From Candidatus Heimdallarchaeota archaeon (GTDB lineage: Archaea > Asgardarchaeota > Heimdallarchaeia > Heimdallarchaeales > Heimdallarchaeaceae), in NCBI GenBank assembly GCA_030668875.1, contig DAOVER010000013.1, forward strand, positions 40,934 to 72,933: a stretch of 32,000 bases of DNA, given 5' to 3'. Numbering within the stretch: the stretch's first letter is position 1; every line of letters starts with the position of its first letter. A program made the position numbers and the translations under genes. The notes under the pieces were generated by a model, which saw only the letters and a list, made by a program, of their open reading frames with translations, was not told the DNA's origin and searched no databases. Of this stretch, positions 26,529 through 32,000 are shown in pieces.

Positions 26529-27721
26529 CTAGCCTTAAACAATATCACTGTAGATACTCTGACGAATGATAAACTTGATAATAACAGTCCAGGTATAGTT
26601 ACCACTACCACTATAACAAATGATATCAGTAATGTAACCCAAGTTAACAGATAATTACTGAATGCCATTTGTTGTATCCAGAAATAGATTACTATTGCAA
26701 GGATTCCAATAATATAACCTACGAAACTTATCGTAAGACTTTCACCCATTAGATTAATTCGAATTTCTTTTTTCTTGTAACCCATTGCTCTCAGTACAGC
26801 TACTTCTCTTCTTCTGAACCACACAATTATGAAGTTGTACAATATAGTGAGCAAAATACCACCTACTATACCAAAAATAAAAATAAGAAAGTCTGTTGCT
26901 CTCTGTTTCTTTACTGATTCTGCAACAGTATCAGGGGGTATCCAACTTCCATATGAACCACCGTTTACTAATGTGAACAGATCTTCTGAAGGTTCGTCAT
27001 AACGAATCATATTCTCAAAAATCTCATCGCTGAATGGATTATAAAGACTACCAACTACCAATACAGAAATACTCTCACAATAAACTGGAGTTGTATCCGC
27101 GAAATTATCATGAAGATAATCAAAATCATCATCCGAAATAAACATTCTTAGTTTATCTGGAGCATTAATTGTATCATTGATTTCACCAACGACATTCAAC
27201 TCAAAAGTTGTTTCCGCCGCATTAATAAAGTTAATTTGTTCACCAATATGTAGTGTAGCGCTAACATTACTAGAGAATGTACCTAAATCAGCTTTAATTG
27301 TTGACCCTGTTGATATTACCACGTCATTTAGCTTTGAGATATATCGCCCGTTTTGAATCAAAGAAGGTTTAGCAGCTTTGAACATCCAGCTACTCCCAGG
27401 ATCAACTCCAAAAACCCTAATATAATCACCAAGATCAAAGAAACGAAACATTGCAACTGATTCGATTCCCGCCATATCTTCAATTAGATTTTTTAGAGCT
27501 TCGGCTTGACTAGCATTGACCTTTACACTTTCAGTATTTTGTGCTTTTATGTAAAATCCTTTCTGTTCAAGCAAATCATCTGTTGCATATAGATTGAATG
27601 TACCTGCAAAGAAAGTGACGAAAGCGGAGAGAAATGCAAATATTACAACAAAAGTTATCCAACGCTTCTTAGCTCGAAAAGCAAAGCGTACCGAATTTTT
27701 TATTAATCGCCACATAGCCAT
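26525..27721 (-). CDS. ABC transporter permease, FtsX/MacB-like
   Basis: N-terminal TM, large extracytoplasmic domain, then FtsX-type RRREVAVLRAMGY....I...LMGES with 3 TMs. ATG 27721 has an AGGTG SD; 4-nt overlap with the ATPase gene. Confidence 0.9.
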   Translation of the reverse strand: MAMWRLIKNSVRFAFRAKKRWITFVVIFAFLSAFVTFFAGTFNLYATDDLLEQKGFYIKAQNTESVKVNASQAEALKNLIEDMAGIESVAMFRFFDLGDYIRVFGVDPGSSWMFKAAKPSLIQNGRYISKLNDVVISTGSTIKADLGTFSSNVSATLHIGEQINFINAAETTFELNVVGEINDTINAPDKLRMFISDDDFDYLHDNFADTTPVYCESISVLVVGSLYNPFSDEIFENMIRYDEPSEDLFTLVNGGSYGSWIPPDTVAESVKKQRATDFLIFIFGIVGGILLTILYNFIIVWFRRREVAVLRAMGYKKKEIRINLMGESLTISFVGYIIGILAIVIYFWIQQMAFSNYLLTWVTLLISFVIVVVVTIPGLLLSSLSFVRVSTVILFKAR

Positions 27722-27806
27722 AACTAACACCTTGTCTAGTATTTACATCTTTAACTAACAAGCACTCACTTTTAAACTCATCTAAATTGCTCAAAGCAAA
27801 AATTAT

Positions 27807-28529
27807 TTAGCTCATCCTCGGACCGAAAATAGCTGTTCCTACTCTTATCATTGTTGAACCTTCTTGAATAGCTATTTCGAAATCATTGGACATTCCCATT
27901 GAGAGTGAAGCGTTTATATCCGGTATTTTTGGCTTAATATTTTCTTGGAATATTTTGTGAGTTTTAGCAAAAAACTTGTGAAGACTAAACTCATCTTTCT
28001 CTAATTCTAAAGGAGCTATTGTCATTATACCTTTGACTTCAACATTAGTGAGTGAGTCACCAAGTTCTAGCATTTTCAGAGTCTCATCCAAATTCAAACC
28101 TTTTGGATACAAAGTATTGCTATAATCGACCTGTAAAAAGATTGGATAAATAGTGTTTTGTTTCTGTGCGAACTTATTTACTAACAAAAGTATTTTCTCT
28201 GATTGTATGCTCTGTATTAATTGACAATTTTCTACCGAGTATTTGACCTTATTTGATTGAAGGAGGCCAACTATTTGTATTTCAGTTGAAGGACTATATC
28301 TAAGAATATCTGGTAATTTTTTCTTTAATTCTGTGCCAGCTACTTCACCAATTATCTTGAGACCAGCATCGATAGCAGATTTAATCCTTGAAAACTCGAT
28401 ACGTTTAGAAACTCCCACTATAGTTATATCTGAAACATCTCTTGAAGAGAGTTTTGCACTATTCTCTACTCTTTGTAGAACAGTGTTGTAATTGGCTGCA
28501 ACATCAACTTCGAGAGAGTTATATGACAT
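27807..28529 (-). CDS. yggS: YggS/PLPBP family pyridoxal-phosphate homeostasis protein
   Basis: VGVSK (PLP Lys), GLLQSNKVK, GIMTIAP and LSMGMSNDFEIAIQEGSTMIRVGTAIFGPR. Confidence 0.93.
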   Translation of the reverse strand: MSYNSLEVDVAANYNTVLQRVENSAKLSSRDVSDITIVGVSKRIEFSRIKSAIDAGLKIIGEVAGTELKKKLPDILRYSPSTEIQIVGLLQSNKVKYSVENCQLIQSIQSEKILLLVNKFAQKQNTIYPIFLQVDYSNTLYPKGLNLDETLKMLELGDSLTNVEVKGIMTIAPLELEKDEFSLHKFFAKTHKIFQENIKPKIPDINASLSMGMSNDFEIAIQEGSTMIRVGTAIFGPRMS

Positions 28530-28579
28530 CTAATAAACAATCTCATACCTAAATTAAAGATATTGCTATCAACTTGAGT

Positions 28580-29416
28580 TCATTCTTCTCTTAGTTTCTT
28601 AAGGAAGTTGACCCTAATCTCATTCAGATCGAATAATCGTCTACCTTCCATACCTCCATCAACCATAAGTGTTTCACCGCTCATGTGTCCTGATGCTTTG
28701 TCTGAAAGCAGAAACAAAACGGATGAAGCAATATCTTCAACACTTGCAATTTTTCTAAGAGGGATAGTTTGAAGAATTTTTTTCACTTCTGTCTCATCCT
28801 TAAGAGATTCTTTTGCCATCTGTGTGTAAGTCCAACCTGGAGCTACTGTATTAACCCTACCTAGTGAAGCAAAATGAATTATTTCATTTTTCCATGTTTT
28901 TGTTAAACCATACATCAGTGCTGATTTTGTAGCTGAATAATCTGCATAACCAGCTTCACCAAAGCTTCCAGCAGTTGACCCAATAAGAACCGCAGAAGCT
29001 TGTTTCTCGGGGTATTTTTCTAAATTCTTGAAGAATTCCTTAACGCAAAGAAAAACGCCTGTTAGATTAACCTTAACAGTGTTATTCCACTGTTCTAAAC
29101 TAAGCTGTGAGGTAAGTTTAGGTTCAGAAGACCAGATTCCCGCATTAGCTACTAAACCATCGATTCTCCCAAACTTCTCATTTGCAGATCTAAACATATT
29201 GGAGACATCTTCTTCCTTTCTCAAATCAGCTTGAACGACTTGTAAACGTTCTTCACCACCTAATTTAAGCATTAGATCCTTTGCTATTTCGGTATTTTTA
29301 AACACATGTAGAGTAACCTTTGAATCTTCCTCATACAATGCTTCTACGATAGCTCTTCCAATACCTCCACTTGCTCCTGTAACTAATATATGCTTTCCCT
29401 TGAGCTGTAAATCCAT
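28580..29416 (-). CDS. Short-chain dehydrogenase/reductase (SDR)
   Basis: VTGASGGIG, VANAGI, catalytic S and YSATK, RVNTVAPGW, and VDGG. Confidence 0.95.
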   Translation of the reverse strand: MDLQLKGKHILVTGASGGIGRAIVEALYEEDSKVTLHVFKNTEIAKDLMLKLGGEERLQVVQADLRKEEDVSNMFRSANEKFGRIDGLVANAGIWSSEPKLTSQLSLEQWNNTVKVNLTGVFLCVKEFFKNLEKYPEKQASAVLIGSTAGSFGEAGYADYSATKSALMYGLTKTWKNEIIHFASLGRVNTVAPGWTYTQMAKESLKDETEVKKILQTIPLRKIASVEDIASSVLFLLSDKASGHMSGETLMVDGGMEGRRLFDLNEIRVNFLKKLREE

Positions 29417-29515
29417 GTTTTTAAATAATTCTTAGAGATTTTAAATGTAATCTTGAACATGAAAATATCATCGATTAGCTAACTTTATAAAAAAACAAAC
29501 TCTGATTTTCACATC

Positions 29516-30913
29516 ATGTCAGACAAAATTATCTCAGTAATGTTTGATTCTCTTGAAAAAGATAAGGTTGACTATGCTGATATACGGTTAGAAAACTCAC
29601 TTATGACTGTAATAAAAACCGTCAATGGTAAGGTAGAAGAAAGTACAACCGGTATTGAATCAGGTATAGGGTTGCGAATTTTAAAAGAAGGAGCATGGGG
29701 ATTTTCGTACGGACCTACAGAAAGTGGTTCAAACATAGTCAAGATGGCATTGCAAGCAAATAGATTAAATTTACGAAACAAGACGCAAGATGTTAAACTT
29801 GCAGAAGTAAAAACAATTCAAGATAAGTTTGAAGGAGAGCAAAAGAAGAAACTCCAAGATGTAGGCTTTGATAAAAAAATAGAATTGACAATGGAAACTG
29901 ATGAAGCGCAAAAAGATGAAAGAATTAAATCAAGAACTTCGTTTTATCGAGAAACTCTGCGCAGAATGGTTCTAGAAACTACTGAAGGCACACGTATTGA
30001 ATATAATGTTCCATATGTTATGATGTATGGTTTGTCAGTTGCAAGAGAGGAATCTGAAACAATAGAAGGGAGAAGCAGGATAGGACATTTAGGTGGTTTG
30101 GAGGTCTTTGATTTACGATCTCCAACAGAAATTGGAGAAAAAGCAAAAGAAAGAGCATTAGAAGGATTAAAAGCTCCAAAGGTTAAGAGTGGTAGATACC
30201 CAGTTGTCCTAGATGGTACAATAAACCATCTTTTTGCTCATGAAGCAGCTGGTCATAGTGCCGAAGGAGATTTTGTACAAACAGCAGGAGTATTGAAAGG
30301 GAAACTTGAGAAGAGAGTAGCTGCACCTATTGTGAACTTAATAGACGATGGATCGCTTCAAGAATCTAATGGAATCAAATCCTTTGGTTATTTGAGATAT
30401 GATGATGAAGGAGTGCCAGGTCAGAAAACATACATTATTAAAAATGGTAGTCTAGAGACATATCTAAATGATAGGTCAACTGCTGCTTATTTCGAATTGA
30501 AGCCTACAGGAAATTCTCGGGCTCAAGCTTATAATGTTCCTCAAATAGTTAGAATGACTAACACATACATTTCTCCTGCTTCTAATCCAATGAAAACAGA
30601 AGAATTGCTAGAACAAACAAAGAATGGATTTCTCCTTATGCAAGGAGGAGGAGGACAGGTAGATCCAATTAAAGGTACCTTTAATTTTGGAGTAGCCGAA
30701 CTCTATGAAATCAAAAACGGTGAAGTTGGAGAGAGATACAGACCAACAACATTAGCAGGTAACACTCTTGAAACTCTCAATAAAATCACAGGAATATCCC
30801 CTGAGATGGAGAATCCTTTAGACTCTATTGGTTTCTGTGGTAAGGAGGGCCAATCAGTTCCTGTAGGAGTTTCTGGTGGATGGTTAGCCGTGAAAAGCAT
30901 AGTTATAGGATGA
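29516..30913 (+). CDS. tldD: TldD family Zn metalloprotease
   Basis: GIGLRIL..GAWGFS, HEAAGH metal motif, YDDEGVPG, TGNSRAQ...VRMTNTY, and C-terminal CGKEGQSVPV. Confidence 0.95.
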   Translation: MSDKIISVMFDSLEKDKVDYADIRLENSLMTVIKTVNGKVEESTTGIESGIGLRILKEGAWGFSYGPTESGSNIVKMALQANRLNLRNKTQDVKLAEVKTIQDKFEGEQKKKLQDVGFDKKIELTMETDEAQKDERIKSRTSFYRETLRRMVLETTEGTRIEYNVPYVMMYGLSVAREESETIEGRSRIGHLGGLEVFDLRSPTEIGEKAKERALEGLKAPKVKSGRYPVVLDGTINHLFAHEAAGHSAEGDFVQTAGVLKGKLEKRVAAPIVNLIDDGSLQESNGIKSFGYLRYDDEGVPGQKTYIIKNGSLETYLNDRSTAAYFELKPTGNSRAQAYNVPQIVRMTNTYISPASNPMKTEELLEQTKNGFLLMQGGGGQVDPIKGTFNFGVAELYEIKNGEVGERYRPTTLAGNTLETLNKITGISPEMENPLDSIGFCGKEGQSVPVGVSGGWLAVKSIVIG

Positions 30914-30921
30914 TGTGAAAA

Positions 30922-32000
30922 ATGACTGAAAACGATTTAAACTTAAAGATAAAAAAAGCAATAGATATAGGGTTGAAACATGCAAAAAAAGAAGGTGCAT
31001 CTCATTGTGAAGGTTACGGAGTAAACCTAAAAGCTTACAGCCTAGAATTAGAGAAGAACAAACCTAAACACAACATTGGGATACAGCATGGTCTCTCTTT
31101 TCGTGTTATAGCACAACAAGCCAAAGGTTTTGCCTATACATCATCATTCGGTGAAGAAGACATCAAACACACTGTGAACTTAGCTATGCAAAATGCAAAA
31201 ACAAAAAAACCAGATCCCGATTTAGTGGATTTTCCTGATCCAAAAGAAGCAAAACAAAAACTAAGTGTTGATAAGAAACTGCTTAATATCGAAGCAGACG
31301 GTGCAGCTGATTTATTTGAAGAAATACATGTCAAGGAACTACCTTCAGACATATTCTTTCTACAATCATTAGGTTTCTTCGGAATGGGAGATACTTTCCT
31401 AAAGAATTCTCAAGGTATTGATATGCAGGATCAAGAAGCTGGTTATGGTTTGGGTCTAGCATACCTATCTACTCATGGTTTCCCAAGTTATGATTTCCAT
31501 GTTGAAGGAGCACGAAAGCTTGGATCTATTAAAACAAAAGAACTTGGTCGTATAGCCATAGATAAAGTCCTTGATATAGCAAAACCAAGAACTCTTTCAA
31601 TTTCAGGTGAATATCCAATCATAATATCTCCTGATGGTTCTTATGGTATCATGGGGGGACTATTTACTGTGCTAAACAATCTATTACAAGGAGATAAAGC
31701 ATCACGTGGAGAGACAGTTTTTGCAGATAAAATTGGTGATACGATAGCTAACGAGAATTTTACTATGATAGACGATCCCCTTGATCCCAACTTAATAAGC
31801 TCTGCTAGTTACGATGGAGAGGGTACTCCAACAGAACAGACAAAACTAATTGAGAATGGAGTTCTCCAGACTTATTACCTTGATACTTATTATGGTAATA
31901 AACTAAATATGAAAAGTAATGGTAAAGCTACTAGAGGAGGTCTATTAAGTGGAAATCCAGTAAAATCTCCACCAAGTATTGGTTCTTTTGCAACAAAAAT
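30922..32000 (+). CDS. pmbA: TldE/PmbA family protein (partial, runs off the window; not in the ORF track)
   Basis: Manual translation from ATG 30922 gives MTENDLNLKIKKAIDIGLKHAKKEGASHCEGY...GLSFRVIA...GFAYTSS...IANENFTMIDDP...YDGEGTPT....IENGVLQTYYLD; no HExxH seen; directly follows tldD. Confidence 0.92.
   Translation, partial: MTENDLNLKIKKAIDIGLKHAKKEGASHCEGYGVNLKAYSLELEKNKPKHNIGIQHGLSFRVIAQQAKGFAYTSSFGEEDIKHTVNLAMQNAKTKKPDPDLVDFPDPKEAKQKLSVDKKLLNIEADGAADLFEEIHVKELPSDIFFLQSLGFFGMGDTFLKNSQGIDMQDQEAGYGLGLAYLSTHGFPSYDFHVEGARKLGSIKTKELGRIAIDKVLDIAKPRTLSISGEYPIIISPDGSYGIMGGLFTVLNNLLQGDKASRGETVFADKIGDTIANENFTMIDDPLDPNLISSASYDGEGTPTEQTKLIENGVLQTYYLDTYYGNKLNMKSNGKATRGGLLSGNPVKSPPSIGSFATK

Noticed and set aside
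693-31352. Numerous 60-125 aa ORFs in the track lying antisense to or out of frame within long genes (e.g. 693-935, 2476-2682, 3297-3482, 5912-6130, 8815-9153, 16836-17066, 20820-21191, 26221-26532, 31134-31352)
   Set aside because: They lie fully or mostly within well-supported genes and have no motifs; they are shadow ORFs.
1-32000. CRISPR array, tRNA or rRNA genes
   Set aside because: No regularly spaced repeat-spacer units or cloverleaf/rRNA-like sequence were seen; intergenic gaps are short and explained by promoters and terminators.
29516-32000. tldD-pmbA as part of a RiPP cluster
   Set aside because: No precursor peptide, YcaO or other maturase is nearby in the window; the pair is a common housekeeping module in archaea.

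Overview
AT-rich (roughly 30-35% GC by eye), gene-dense archaeal chromosomal segment, most likely from an Asgard (Heimdallarchaeia-like) archaeon. This assignment is inference from GGTGA/AGGTG ribosome-binding sites, TTTA(T/A)A boxes about 25 nt upstream of starts, oligo-T terminators, DUF211, a membrane-anchored RING protein and a longin-like protein. Left to right: a surface-anchored Ig-like/EEP hydrolase (runs off the window edge and is absent from the ORF track); an MFS transporter with an internal 66-nt duplication; a FYVE-like zinc finger; a membrane metal-dependent hydrolase; an unannotated 50-aa Zn-ribbon protein; a tight five-gene YehL-type MoxR AAA+/DUF5682/vWA operon ending in a SWIM-less YehQ-like gene and a probable large paralogue; DUF1295; MscS; a TM-zinc ribbon-RING protein; a Cys-rich membrane protein; a solo tnpB element with omega-RNA-like hairpins; iorAB; DUF211; a 1049-aa longin-headed helical protein; a minus-strand run (SDR, yggS, MacB/FtsX-type ABC permease and ATPase, coiled-coil protein); and tldD-pmbA (pmbA partial). 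No tRNA, rRNA or CRISPR array was seen. The best candidates for undescribed biology are the remodelled Yeh-type operon, whose DUF5682 protein carries TIKI/TraB-like metal-hydrolase motifs, and the eukaryote-like proteins (longin-helical, RING, FYVE-like). All family assignments come from motif recognition by eye, not database searches.
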